Of a stretch of DNA of 60,035 nt, positions 30,185 through 39,805 are shown in pieces. Both the position numbers and the translations under genes were made by a program. This DNA comes from Elusimicrobiota bacterium (GTDB lineage: Bacteria > Elusimicrobiota > UBA8919), in the NCBI GenBank assembly GCA_043802785.1, contig JAZDKR010000010.1, forward strand, positions 1 to 60,035, read 5' to 3'. Every line of letters begins with the position of its first letter. Position 1 is the first letter of the stretch. The notes below the pieces were generated by a model, which saw only the letters and a program-made list of their open reading frames with translations, was not told where the DNA came from and did not search any database.

Positions 30185-31267
30185 TTACTCCTTTTGTTCT
30201 TCCAGAACTTTTTTTATAACATCTTCCGGCACATCGTTTTTTATAACTGTTCTACCTGGACAGATGTCAGGTAACACAAAACGAACTTTGCCGTCTAAAA
30301 CCTTTTTGTCAAAAAATAATTTCTCTATAATTTTATCAACAGGCAAATTGTGTTTTATCGGAAGTCCAGACCGCACCAAAATCTCTTCAATGCGCCGAAC
30401 CCACATTTTATCAAGTAACTCCAACTCAAAAGCGATTTTAGATGCACAAACCATTCCAATTGATACCGCTTCACCGTGTAAATATGTTTTATAATTTGTT
30501 GCCGACTCTATTGCATGCCCTATTGTATGTCCAAAATTCAGAATGGCCCGCAATCCCTGTTCTTTTTCATCTAATTCTACCACCAATTTTTTTAACTGGC
30601 AGGCACGCCATATGGTATATTCAACCTGTTCAAGATTCAGCGATTTTATTTTCATCAGATTTCTTTCTAACCTAATGAAATACTTTTTATCCTTGATAAT
30701 TCCGTATTTTATCGTCTCGGCAAGCCCAGCATTGAACTCTCTTTCCGGAAGTGTCTTAAGTGTTGAAATATCTGTATAGACCATTGACGGTTGATAAAAT
30801 GCACCGAGCATATTTTTTGATTTCGGATGATTTACACCAACCTTTCCACCGACGGAAGAATCCACCTGCGAAAGAAGAGTCGTCGGCACCTGAACAAACG
30901 GAATCCCGCGCATAAAAGTTGCGGCGACAAAACCTGCAATATCACCCACAACACCACCACCCAAAGCAATTATCAGCGAATTTCTTTCAAGGTGATTATC
31001 CACACAAACCTGATAAAGATTGCTAACTGTTTTAAGCGTTTTGTATTTTTCACCGTCGGGAATTTTTGTGATTGAGGCAACAAATCCGGCATTACCCAAA
31101 CTATCCATTACCATATCGCCATAAAGTTTGCCAACGGTAGTGTTTGTGATAACAAGCACTTTACCAGAAAAATTTTTATCCTTTAAGGTGTCACCAAGAT
31201 GAGTAAGCGAAACGCCAATGTATATTGGATATGTTCTATCACCAAGTTTTATTTTTATTGTTTTCAT
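30185..31267 (-). CDS. aroB: 3-dehydroquinate synthase
   Basis: GGGVVGDIAGF, PTTLLSQVDSSVGGK, LNFGHTIGHAIE and HGEAV motifs. Confidence 0.97.
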   Translation of the reverse strand: MKTIKIKLGDRTYPIYIGVSLTHLGDTLKDKNFSGKVLVITNTTVGKLYGDMVMDSLGNAGFVASITKIPDGEKYKTLKTVSNLYQVCVDNHLERNSLIIALGGGVVGDIAGFVAATFMRGIPFVQVPTTLLSQVDSSVGGKVGVNHPKSKNMLGAFYQPSMVYTDISTLKTLPEREFNAGLAETIKYGIIKDKKYFIRLERNLMKIKSLNLEQVEYTIWRACQLKKLVVELDEKEQGLRAILNFGHTIGHAIESATNYKTYLHGEAVSIGMVCASKIAFELELLDKMWVRRIEEILVRSGLPIKHNLPVDKIIEKLFFDKKVLDGKVRFVLPDICPGRTVIKNDVPEDVIKKVLEEQKE

Positions 31268-31275
31268 ATTAACAC

Positions 31276-31368
31276 CAGAGATTAAGATACTGTGAGATTA
31301 GGAGATTAGGAAAATGGAAATTAGGATATTAGTGTTTTGATGTTCCCTAATTTTCTAATATCCAAATC
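31276..31368. repeat. Convergent heptamer arrays (GAGATTA/GGAAATT vs TAATTTT/TAATATC)
   Basis: The element ends 8 nt before the aroB ATG. Confidence 0.7.
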
Positions 31369-31878
31369 TCATATTCTCGAGTTTTTTATTTTTTCTACAA
31401 TTCTTTCTGCGGCTTCTTTCGGCGTTGTGTTTGTAGTATCAACAGAAAAGTCGCATTTTTCATAATACGACTTTCTTTCTGCCAGAAGTTCTTTTATTTC
31501 TTTACTTTTATCTTTAACATTGAGAAGCGGTCTGTCGGAATTTTTGGAAACCCGTTCTAAAATTTTTTTAACGGATGCCGTCAGATTCACAATTTTCCCA
31601 TTTTTTTTCAGTGCATCCAAATTTTCCTGCCTTATCACGATTCCCCCACCGGTGGCAACGACGCAATTTTCATATCTGCTAACCGTTTCCGCAATTTCCG
31701 ATTCAACATCACGAAAAAAATTTTCTCCTTTTTCGGCAAAAATTTCGGAAATTTTCATACCGGTTTTTTTTTCAATCAAATCGTCAGTATCAACAAATTT
31801 CATTTTCAGCAACCGAGCAATTTCTTTACCCACATTACTTTTGCCCGTCGCCATAAAACCAGTTAAAATAATGTTCAT
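31369..31878 (-). CDS. aroK: Shikimate kinase
   Basis: GFMATGKS, FVDTD, FRDVE and ATGGG motifs. Confidence 0.96.
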   Translation of the reverse strand: MNIILTGFMATGKSNVGKEIARLLKMKFVDTDDLIEKKTGMKISEIFAEKGENFFRDVESEIAETVSRYENCVVATGGGIVIRQENLDALKKNGKIVNLTASVKKILERVSKNSDRPLLNVKDKSKEIKELLAERKSYYEKCDFSVDTTNTTPKEAAERIVEKIKNSRI

Positions 31879-31893
31879 CTGTATAATCTGCTT

Positions 31894-32883
31894 TTAATCT
31901 TCCACTACTTCCTTGGTAAGTTCATCGTAAAATTTTAGAAAATCTCTTTTTGCTTTTTCATCGCTGTTTTTTTCCAATAACTTCATAGCAACTTCCGGAT
32001 GGCGATTTAGAACACCGGTAATCATATACGGTATTGTATAACCCCATGTAATTTCGGAACTCAACGGTATTATATCGTGACTTATAACTTCCAATAACGG
32101 ACGGATATCGAACTTCGGATTTTTCAAAAAACTTATCAGAAGTTCAAGCGGACAATTGCCGGCGGCACGGCCAAGACCGTAAAGCGTACCATCAAGATAA
32201 TTGGCGCCTCTAATAATACCGGCAATCGTATTGGCAAAGCCAAGTTGCTGATGATTGTGGCAGTGAACCCCTACTTCCTTATTTTTAAGATACTTTTTGA
32301 ATTTGTCAACGAAAAAATCAATATCCTCACTGTAAAGTGCGCCGAAACTGTCAACGATATAGCACGCAACAATTTTTGTTTCCGCCTCTATTTGCTGTAA
32401 TGCCTCGTCAAGTTCACGCTCAAGTGCCACTGAAATAGACATTATGTTTATTGTAGCATCATACCCTTTGTCCGTCGCATTATTTGCAAGTTTGATTGCT
32501 TTATCAACATCCTTGACATATGTTGCAACCCGAATTATATCCACAACACTTTCTGATTTTGGCAAAATGTCCTCGGCAACGGACTTGTGGGCATCCTGCA
32601 TAACTGCAATTTTTGTCCCAGAATGCGACTTCACGGAGATGTCTGATTTTGTTCCACCTACTATTTTTTTTAAGTTTTCCTCGTCGCAAAAACGCCACGG
32701 ACCATACTCATCTGCAGAAAACATCTGTTTGCTGTTTCTATAGCCGAGTTCAATTATGTCTATACCTGCTGCACAAACGGATTTATAGACATTTCTGACC
32801 GTCTCATAAGAAAATTTTGATTTATTCATCAACCCACCGTCGCGAATAGTACAATCAACTACCTTGATTTGTGGTCTATACAT
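31894..32883 (-). CDS. HMGL-like (DRE-TIM) aldolase catalytic domain protein
   Basis: DCTIRDGG, HCHNHQQL and GLGRAAGNCPLE motifs. Start moved to 32883, after a GGAGG SD. Confidence 0.85.
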   Translation of the reverse strand: MYRPQIKVVDCTIRDGGLMNKSKFSYETVRNVYKSVCAAGIDIIELGYRNSKQMFSADEYGPWRFCDEENLKKIVGGTKSDISVKSHSGTKIAVMQDAHKSVAEDILPKSESVVDIIRVATYVKDVDKAIKLANNATDKGYDATINIMSISVALERELDEALQQIEAETKIVACYIVDSFGALYSEDIDFFVDKFKKYLKNKEVGVHCHNHQQLGFANTIAGIIRGANYLDGTLYGLGRAAGNCPLELLISFLKNPKFDIRPLLEVISHDIIPLSSEITWGYTIPYMITGVLNRHPEVAMKLLEKNSDEKAKRDFLKFYDELTKEVVED

Positions 32884-32938
32884 TTTTGCCTCCTTTCTAT
32901 TCTGCCGTTCTGTATTAATGGTAGTATATATCTTTGCA

Positions 32939-33080
32939 GTCATTGCCTGCCAGACACCTGTCTATCGTCAGGCAGGTCGGCAAGCGACGCCAGGCGGACT
33001 TCGTCGGTAAACGAGATGCTGAAACAGATGAGACCCTGAAACGAGTTCAGGGTGACACTTCGTGTCAGTTCAGGGTGACA
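32939..33080. repeat. Composite REP-like repeats (CCTGCC...GGCAGG; CCCTGAAACGAGTTCAGGG)
   Basis: Several short inverted repeats; related composites at about 47528-47569 and 50703-50798. Confidence 0.6.
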
Positions 33081-33147
33081 AAAATGGGGTTTTTCTCCTC
33101 CTCTGATGAAGTCCCTTTGGACAACGGCATCATTATATCAAAAAAAC

Positions 33148-33176
33148 TTGACAAATCAACAAAAAATTTCTAAAAT
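33148..33176 (+). promoter_or_regulatory. Sigma70-type promoter of the ECF sigma operon
   Basis: TTGACA-17 nt-TAAAAT. Confidence 0.65.
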
Positions 33177-33231
33177 AAGAGTTCCGATACAATAAAATAA
33201 CATCTTTCTAATCATTTCTGCATCTAAATAA

Positions 33232-33822
33232 ATGAAAATAAACGACGCTACGCTAAAAATTCTTGTTGAAAAATCCAAAAATGGAGACACCCGTGCATTT
33301 GAACAACTAATCAAAATACACGAGCAGAAGATATACAATCTACTTCTTAATATGACGGGTAATAAAACCTCGTCGGAAGATTTCTTACAGGAAACATTTT
33401 TGAATGCTTGGCAAAAAATAAAAAGTTTCAAAGGCAACTCTGAATTTTCTACATGGCTTTACAGAATTGCCGTCAATGCTGTTTTAATGAAACAGCGGAA
33501 AAAAAAAGTAATTCGTACTATTTCTATGAATGACCCGATTACAACAGCAAAAGGAGAAATAAAAAGGGACTTTGCAGATGACTGGTCAAAAAGTCCCTCG
33601 GCAACTTTGGAAAATACCGAATTGAAAAATAAACTGAATCAAGCGATAAGGGCACTTCCCGAAAAATATAAAACCGTTCTTATTCTTCGGGATGTAGAAA
33701 ATATTCCCAACGATGAAGTGCAGAAAATCTTAAAAATCTCTTTGCCATCGGTAAAATCACGGCTCCATAGAGCGCGGCTTTTTTTGCGAGACAGACTTTC
33801 TCATTATTTCGGAGGATACTGA
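33232..33822 (+). CDS. ECF RNA polymerase sigma factor
   Basis: EDFLQETFLNAW, FSTWLYRIAVN and VKSRLHRAR motifs. Confidence 0.95.
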   Translation: MKINDATLKILVEKSKNGDTRAFEQLIKIHEQKIYNLLLNMTGNKTSSEDFLQETFLNAWQKIKSFKGNSEFSTWLYRIAVNAVLMKQRKKKVIRTISMNDPITTAKGEIKRDFADDWSKSPSATLENTELKNKLNQAIRALPEKYKTVLILRDVENIPNDEVQKILKISLPSVKSRLHRARLFLRDRLSHYFGGY

Positions 33823-33825
33823 TAT

Positions 33826-34104
33826 ATGGATTTAGAACGATTTCTACAACTCATAGATGATTTTATAGATAACGAACTGGACGATTTTGGGTTAATAGAA
33901 GAATTTGAAGAAGAACTTGAAAACGAGTTTTGCTGCTGTTTTTTCAACACTTTTAGAAAAACAACTGATTTATGTCACCAAATACATCAATTGGAAATAA
34001 AACAGGTTCCTCAAAAACTTCACTACCGAATAATACAGACCATTGAAAATTGCGACAAAAAACCAGCAAAAAGAAAAAAAACTACACGAAAAAAAAGAAA
34101 TTAA
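33826..34104 (+). CDS. Putative small anti-sigma factor (degenerate zf-HC2-like)
   Basis: Directly follows the sigma gene; LIDDFIDNEL...EEELENEFCCCF aligns by eye to the ASD/ZAS pattern but lacks the His; no TM segment. Confidence 0.6.
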   Translation: MDLERFLQLIDDFIDNELDDFGLIEEFEEELENEFCCCFFNTFRKTTDLCHQIHQLEIKQVPQKLHYRIIQTIENCDKKPAKRKKTTRKKRN

Positions 34105-34189
34105 GAACAGGCACGCCTGTTCCCTACTTTGAAATTCCTAGAAATTAAAATAAATCGTGGGATAGCAATCCCACCGCTACAAACAATTT

Positions 34190-34954
34190 TTATTTTTTCC
34201 TTTTCTCTTCTAAAATTTTTACTGCTTCAATTGCAATTTTTATTGCTTCCTCTACTCCAACTTTTTGGACAATTGGCTTGTCGGAATAGGTTAATCCTAT
34301 TATTGCAAGCACTTCGCCAGCATAAACTTTCCTGATAGAAGAAATAACAAACAAAGCAGCGGACTCCATTGATGTGGCAAGTACATTTGAACGCTCCCAT
34401 GCCGTCCACATCTTTTCGTTGTGGTCGGAAAGCGGAAGGTCTTTGGCACTCTCGATATAAAATGCATCTTTGCAGTGAGAAATTCCGTAATGCACCGTTA
34501 TTTTAAGTTTTTCTGCCGCGGAAATCAGGGCACTCGTCACATCAAAATTAGCGACAGCAGGATACGAAAGCGGAACATACTGACGAGTCGTTCCTTCCTC
34601 GCGAACTGCCGCTGTTGAAATCACAACATCACCGAGACCAACCTTTTTTTGAAGCGATCCGGCAGTACCAATTCTTATAAAAGTATCCGCACCGATTTTT
34701 ATCAGTTCCTCAACTGCGATTGCAGTGGACGGACATCCAATACCCGTTGAAGTTGTGGATATTTTTATCTTTTTACCATCGTAGCCAATAATATTCCCTG
34801 TGAATGTCCGATACTCACGGTTACATCCCATTTCTTTTGCATTATCAAAAAATTTCGCAATCAAAGGTGTCCTTCCCGGATCACCAGGCAACAAAACATA
34901 TCTTCCAACATCACCCTTACCCAACGCTATGTGATACTGTTTTCCTTTTTCCAT
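34190..34954 (-). CDS. udp: Uridine/nucleoside phosphorylase (PNP_UDP family)
   Basis: LLPGDPGR, NREYRT, STGIGCPS, RIGTAGS and SMESAALF motifs. Confidence 0.88.
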   Translation of the reverse strand: MEKGKQYHIALGKGDVGRYVLLPGDPGRTPLIAKFFDNAKEMGCNREYRTFTGNIIGYDGKKIKISTTSTGIGCPSTAIAVEELIKIGADTFIRIGTAGSLQKKVGLGDVVISTAAVREEGTTRQYVPLSYPAVANFDVTSALISAAEKLKITVHYGISHCKDAFYIESAKDLPLSDHNEKMWTAWERSNVLATSMESAALFVISSIRKVYAGEVLAIIGLTYSDKPIVQKVGVEEAIKIAIEAVKILEEKRKK

Positions 34955-34973
34955 ATATTCTCCTGATAAACAC

Positions 34974-35085
34974 CAGAGATTAAGAGATTAGAGAATTAGG
35001 AGATTAGGGAAAAGACAAAACCCAATCTCATAATCTCATAATTTCCTAATCTCCATTGTTTCAATCTCCTAATATCCTAATCTCT
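34974..35085. repeat. Convergent heptamer arrays (GAGATTA / TAATCTC)
   Basis: Same family as 4574-4649. Confidence 0.75.
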
Positions 35086-35138
35086 GTTCTTTAAGCAGGG
35101 CTGAAGCCATTTCTACGAACTATGAACTACGAACTTTT

Positions 35139-35732
35139 TTATATTATGTTTTCCATATCTATTAAATCGTTGCCTAAATCAAGCATACTGTTAATCAATA
35201 CCACCTTCTTGAAATACTTCAAATCACTTATCTTAATTTCATCCAAAACAATTTTTTTCTCCGACAATAATTTTTCTCTTTTTGTCCCTTTTAATAAAGG
35301 TGTTGACGGCGTCCTCCATTTTTTACCGTCGGGAAAAACCACATTACTGAAAGATGTATCCGTTATTTTTTTGTTTTTTACGAGCAAAATATCATCGCAA
35401 TTTTTTTTTAATTCCAAAAGTTTATTTAAACACTCACGATTTTCATATTTGTAATTATATTCTATGCTGTCGCAGACAACAACTTTCAAACTTTTTACTT
35501 TTCTTTTGTGATAAGGCAAAAACTCTATCTTTTTTATTGTGTCTGAATAAATCAACCGACATTTGTACAAACCCAATCTCATCTCCGGTGGAACTTTTAT
35601 AATATTTTCCAGTTTGATAAAGTCATTACAGCCGAACAGTTCTTTTCTTGAATTGTTCAGTCGTAAATTGTGAAAAAACAAATCGCACGGCTTCCCGTTT
35701 TCAATCTTAATTGTTTCCAACAATAGGCACAT
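35139..35732 (-). CDS. Aminotransferase class IV / aminodeoxychorismate lyase (PabC-like)
   Basis: LLETIKIENG, ITDTSFSNV and PLLKGTKR motifs; downstream of pabB. Confidence 0.82.
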   Translation of the reverse strand: MCLLLETIKIENGKPCDLFFHNLRLNNSRKELFGCNDFIKLENIIKVPPEMRLGLYKCRLIYSDTIKKIEFLPYHKRKVKSLKVVVCDSIEYNYKYENRECLNKLLELKKNCDDILLVKNKKITDTSFSNVVFPDGKKWRTPSTPLLKGTKREKLLSEKKIVLDEIKISDLKYFKKVVLINSMLDLGNDLIDMENII

Positions 35733-35876
35733 AAGATATGGTACTATGGTTTTATGCGATTAACACCCCGATGACTCGGGGTACTCATCTTCCAAATTCA
35801 TGGACGATAGATTAACGACAGAATTAAGAATCAAGAATTGAGAACTGTGAGTGGTCTAAAAACCACTCACTATCAC

Positions 35877-36029
35877 TGAAAAATCTGGTTTTGAACAATA
35901 TAGAGACATTTAGGCGAATAAACCGTTAAAAAATTTCAATGTTTGAGTGAACGAAGTGAGCGAGTTTTGAAATTTTAGGTTTATGAGCCGTTAAAAATGT
36001 CTCGTTTAGTGAAAAACCAGATTTTTCAG
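35877..36029. repeat. Nested inverted-repeat element
   Basis: Outer arms CTGAAAAATCTGGTTTT...GAGACATTT / AAATGTCTC...AAAACCAGATTTTTCAG around an inner AAAATTTCAA-TGTTTGAGTGAACGAAGTGAGCGAG-TTTTGAAATTTT unit. Confidence 0.7.
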
Positions 36030-36049
36030 ATACCTTAATTGCCTTTTTC

Positions 36050-37222
36050 TCATTCAACAATAGGCACATAAACCTTGTCAATAAGTTCCTTGTATTCCGA
36101 TTGGACATCACTGTATGTTGTGATACCACCGCCGCTTTTGTAGAAAATTTTATTGCCGATTTTTTCGAGGTATCTTATCATAACCGCACTATCCAAATTC
36201 TGCCCATCAAAAATACCAAATATACCTGTATAATATCCCCTCTCATAATTTTCAACTTCTTTAATTATTTCAACCGTTTTTTTCTTCGGGGCACCGCTTA
36301 TAGAACCCGCTGGCAAAAGTGAAAAGACCACATCACCGATTCTTTCATAGTAATTTTTTTGAAGATCACCAACAATTTCGGAACTAACCTGCAAAAGTTC
36401 GTTGTTGTGCGTAATAATTTTTTCTACATATCTGAACCTTTTCACTTTGACATTTTTTGCAACAATACCTAAATCGTTTCTTATCAAATCCACGATTGTT
36501 AAGTGTTCCGCAAACTCTTTTTTGTCGGAAATAATTTTTCTAGCAGCACCGTCTATTGCGGCATCAATGGTCCCCTTCATCGGATAAGAATATATTTTCC
36601 CGTTTTTTATTTTTACGAATGTTTCAGGTGAAAAAACCACAAGGTCATTTGTAGACCCCGAAATCCCGCTAATGCGGGCTTCGGGGTAGTTTTTGCCCCG
36701 CTGGTGCGGGACAAAAACTAATTTATATTTTGCCGTGCTGTTAAAAAAAATTTCCTTAAATGTAAGATTGGTTTCAACCCTCGTCGGAAAGGTCAGATTA
36801 ACAAGATATGAGTGCCCTTCGTAAAAATATTTTTGTATTTTATCAAACGCTTTTTTGTACTTACGGAAAGTTACGGGATATTTTCTGAAAACTATTTTTT
36901 TATCTTCGGTTTTCAAATTGCCGTCGTAGTTTTTTGTGACAGAAGTTCCAGATACTACTTTTGTCATTGCGAGGTCGCCAAAGGCGACCGTGGCAATCTC
37001 GACTTTAACACCGAGATTGCTTCGTCGTCCCTTCGGGACTCCTCGCAATGACACAGGGTCGTAGTTTTTTAATCCGTTAATATCGTATAAAATTTCATCG
37101 GACTTTATTTCAGCCAACGGCAGGATAATCGGTTTTCTTATTTCAAAATCAATAATAAACAAAAACGGGATTTTCTTCCTCCCGTAAAAATTCATTTTCC
37201 GGATTGCCGTAAAACTGTTCAT
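36050..37222 (-). CDS. pabB: Aminodeoxychorismate synthase component I
   Basis: YPMKGTID, KEFAEHLTIVDLIRNDL, LPAGSISGAPK and RGYYTG motifs; carries in-frame repeat insertions. Confidence 0.92.
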   Translation of the reverse strand: MNSFTAIRKMNFYGRKKIPFLFIIDFEIRKPIILPLAEIKSDEILYDINGLKNYDPVSLRGVPKGRRSNLGVKVEIATVAFGDLAMTKVVSGTSVTKNYDGNLKTEDKKIVFRKYPVTFRKYKKAFDKIQKYFYEGHSYLVNLTFPTRVETNLTFKEIFFNSTAKYKLVFVPHQRGKNYPEARISGISGSTNDLVVFSPETFVKIKNGKIYSYPMKGTIDAAIDGAARKIISDKKEFAEHLTIVDLIRNDLGIVAKNVKVKRFRYVEKIITHNNELLQVSSEIVGDLQKNYYERIGDVVFSLLPAGSISGAPKKKTVEIIKEVENYERGYYTGIFGIFDGQNLDSAVMIRYLEKIGNKIFYKSGGGITTYSDVQSEYKELIDKVYVPIVE

Positions 37223-37307
37223 ATGTTTTACCTGCTTAACTGCTGGAACCCCCCAGCGATTTTTTCGGACGGCGGGACATTAAATTGAGTGATGGCTGGG
37301 GTTAGTT

Positions 37308-37640
37308 TTAAAAAGAGCGTGTTCCCTTGCAGTGTGGAAACATTGAGCAACCGTAGAATCTGCCTCGTCTTCCGTTCCGCAAAACCATTCTCATCCCGCA
37401 ATGAGGACACCGAGGATATGCTTTATCGCTGAAAAACTTTGATGTTATTGTATCACTTCTCGTTGTTTTTGCCCCTCTTCGCGATAATCCTTGCCCTTTG
37501 CAGTATTTACAAAACCTGCCATAACCGGTCATCAAAGAGGAATCCTTAAAATCTTCAGCGGTGTGTATCTTTTTACACTTCGGGCATTCCTTCATCTCAC
37601 CATTTTGCAGTCCTTCGATTGTTTCGTGAATATGACTAAT
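37308..37640 (-). pseudogene. C-terminal fragment of a larger protein (Zn ribbon plus topoisomerase-type C4 zinc finger), truncated by IS481
   Basis: CPKC...CKYC and CPHCGMRMVLRNGRRGRFYGCSMFPHCKGT motifs. The frame stays open upstream of the Met (ISHIHETIEGLQNGE) up to the IS end. Confidence 0.7.
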
Positions 37641-38614
37641 TGTTGACTAACGATACGTTCTATGATATAGTATAGGATGTATGGAAATCAAACTTCATAA
37701 AAATGCAAGGACTACATTGAATCTACGAGAAGAGATTCGTGTCTCTCCGGGAAGCATTTATGGACTCGCCAAGAAATTCAATCTTAATTGGGGGACAGTA
37801 AAACGATGGAAACAATCTACCTCTCCTGAGGATAAAAGCAGTCGTCCCCACACGCTAAATACCACTCTAACTACCGAACAGGAAGACCTAATATGCTTTG
37901 AAAGAAAACAATTTAAGAAGACAATAGAGGAAATCTTTTTCACATTAGAAGATAGAATTCCTAATCTTTATCCGATGAAGGTATACCGTTGTCTTTGCCG
38001 GCATGGGTTATCCATTCTTCCTTCTGAATTTATTGATGCAGAAAGAAAGATTAAGAAATTTCGCCATTATGGAATTGGGTATTTGCACATAGATTTACTC
38101 TATGCACCCAAAATAAATAAAGAGCGTTCATATATCTATACTGCTATTGATAGAGTGTCCAAAGTTGCTTTTGTAATGATAGGGAAAAGAAAAAACAAAG
38201 AAACAGGAGCAAGATTTCTAAAAAATTCTCTCTCCTTCTATCCACACAAGATAAATTATATCCTAACTGACAATGGTTTTGAGTTTTGTTACAAAGCATT
38301 GCCGAAACACAAGAGAACTAAAAAGATTCATCCCTTTGATAAAATCTGTAAGGAGAATAAAATTCAACATCGGACAATTAAATTCAAACATCCATGGACA
38401 AACGGTATGATAGAAAGATTTAACCGAACCTTGAGAGAAAGAGTCTTGACAAAATATCGCTTTAGTAGTATCATTGAAATGAACGGAAGACTCATTGAGT
38501 TCATAAACGAATACAATATGACTAAAAAAATTAGAAAATTAGATTACAAAACACACCAGTACAATACTTAAAAGAAACAAAGGGTATTATCATACAACCT
38601 ATCGTTATCTAACA
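37641..38614 (+). mobile_element. IS481-family insertion sequence (974 bp)
   Basis: TGT...ACA ends; IRL TGTTGACTAACGATACGTT vs IRR (reverse complement) TGTTAGATAACGATAGGTT, 15/19 identical. Confidence 0.88.
37681..38571 (+). CDS. IS481-family DDE transposase with a +2 frameshift near the C-terminus
   Basis: LHKNART HTH region; HIDL, TDNG and NGMIERFNRTL catalytic motifs. Removing one AC at about 38551-38556 restores KTPVQYLKETKGIIIQPIVI* ending in the IRR. Confidence 0.9.
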   Translation: MEIKLHKNARTTLNLREEIRVSPGSIYGLAKKFNLNWGTVKRWKQSTSPEDKSSRPHTLNTTLTTEQEDLICFERKQFKKTIEEIFFTLEDRIPNLYPMKVYRCLCRHGLSILPSEFIDAERKIKKFRHYGIGYLHIDLLYAPKINKERSYIYTAIDRVSKVAFVMIGKRKNKETGARFLKNSLSFYPHKINYILTDNGFEFCYKALPKHKRTKKIHPFDKICKENKIQHRTIKFKHPWTNGMIERFNRTLRERVLTKYRFSSIIEMNGRLIEFINEYNMTKKIRKLDYKTHQYNT

Positions 38615-38755
38615 AATAGCAATTAAAAAGAATTTTGTCAAGCACTTTCTTTATTTTTTATTTTGAGGTGTGCCTGTGTTCATAAAACGACCCCTTTATT
38701 AACACTAAACCTGACTTTGATTTTTCCAATTAAGAGAAGAGATTAATTGTTAAAA

Positions 38756-39802
38756 TTAATATTCTTGCTTTTCCAAAATATTATTTTCAGTATTAAAATA
38801 TCTGTAATATACTGGTATTTTGAATTTTTTTCTTAATAGTATAAGATATTTTTGCACATCAGGATTTATTTTATGATATGAAACAATAATAATTTTTTTT
38901 GCTAAATCTGTATTTGGGTAATAAGAATATTCTAATAATTGACCCATGGCTGTTCGTATACATAGTTTAAGCGTATGTGCCGTTTTAATTTCATAAAAAA
39001 TGTAATTATTATTTTGTTTTTCAACTATATCTATTTCCGAACCATGACCGCAGTCGATATTACTCCCAACATTATTTCTGCCACTTCTTTTAGATAGTTG
39101 TTCACAAACAAAATGTTCAATTTTATTATGCAATAAATCAACATCAGCTCCTTTTTTTTCGTACTTTGCTTTCGTTTTTTCTTTCTTAAAACCGAATCCT
39201 GGTTTAAAAATAAACCCGTCGCCTGTATATACGGATAATTTTGGTTCTCTTGTTTTATATAAAAGCTGATAGCGTGGTGTTAAAATTACCCTGTCCTTTG
39301 ATGAAATCTGCAATGGCTCATGCAACAATTCTTCCATATCTTCTGATTTGAACTTAATATTTGCAAAATTAGATGGATGTTTTTTTGTTATTTTATAAAA
39401 TTTCTTTGAGTCCCCATTAACAGCAGATATTTCTTCTGCCATTTCGCTGATCCAATTATTTTTCCTATAGATATCAAGTATTTGCAATGACTCTTCTGGC
39501 GAAACAACGGTTATATTATTTATTTTACCAAGCCAAAATCTTTGCCCATCACCATTAATTGTATAAAAAGAGATATTAAACTTTTCCCCTATATATTTAT
39601 CACGATATCTATTAATTGGTTGTATAAAAGCATAATGATATCCATTTATTAACCTAGAACTGTTAAACAACCATTCTTCGTGTCCATATCCAGTTTTATT
39701 TTCAAAAACATGGATATTTAAGCTCTTTCCTTCACGACCAGATGGTTTGGTCCAGTTGTTAGTATTCCAACATACTCTTATGATTCTTTCTTCGTTTTTC
39801 AT
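38756..39802 (-). CDS. Hypothetical protein with a C-terminal PD-(D/E)XK-like nuclease domain
   Basis: C-terminal EIDIVEKQNNNYIFYEIKT followed by AMGQLLEYSYY; N-terminal RVCWNTNNWTKPSG...GYGHEEWLF domain of unknown function; GGAGG SD. Confidence 0.65.
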   Translation of the reverse strand: MKNEERIIRVCWNTNNWTKPSGREGKSLNIHVFENKTGYGHEEWLFNSSRLINGYHYAFIQPINRYRDKYIGEKFNISFYTINGDGQRFWLGKINNITVVSPEESLQILDIYRKNNWISEMAEEISAVNGDSKKFYKITKKHPSNFANIKFKSEDMEELLHEPLQISSKDRVILTPRYQLLYKTREPKLSVYTGDGFIFKPGFGFKKEKTKAKYEKKGADVDLLHNKIEHFVCEQLSKRSGRNNVGSNIDCGHGSEIDIVEKQNNNYIFYEIKTAHTLKLCIRTAMGQLLEYSYYPNTDLAKKIIIVSYHKINPDVQKYLILLRKKFKIPVYYRYFNTENNILEKQEY

Positions 39803-39805
39803 AAA

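Noticed and set aside
37228-37307. Duplicated tmRNA 3' end (att site) at the far end of the island
   Set aside because: I could not find a CCTCCACCA-like match there by eye, so the island boundary remains unproven.
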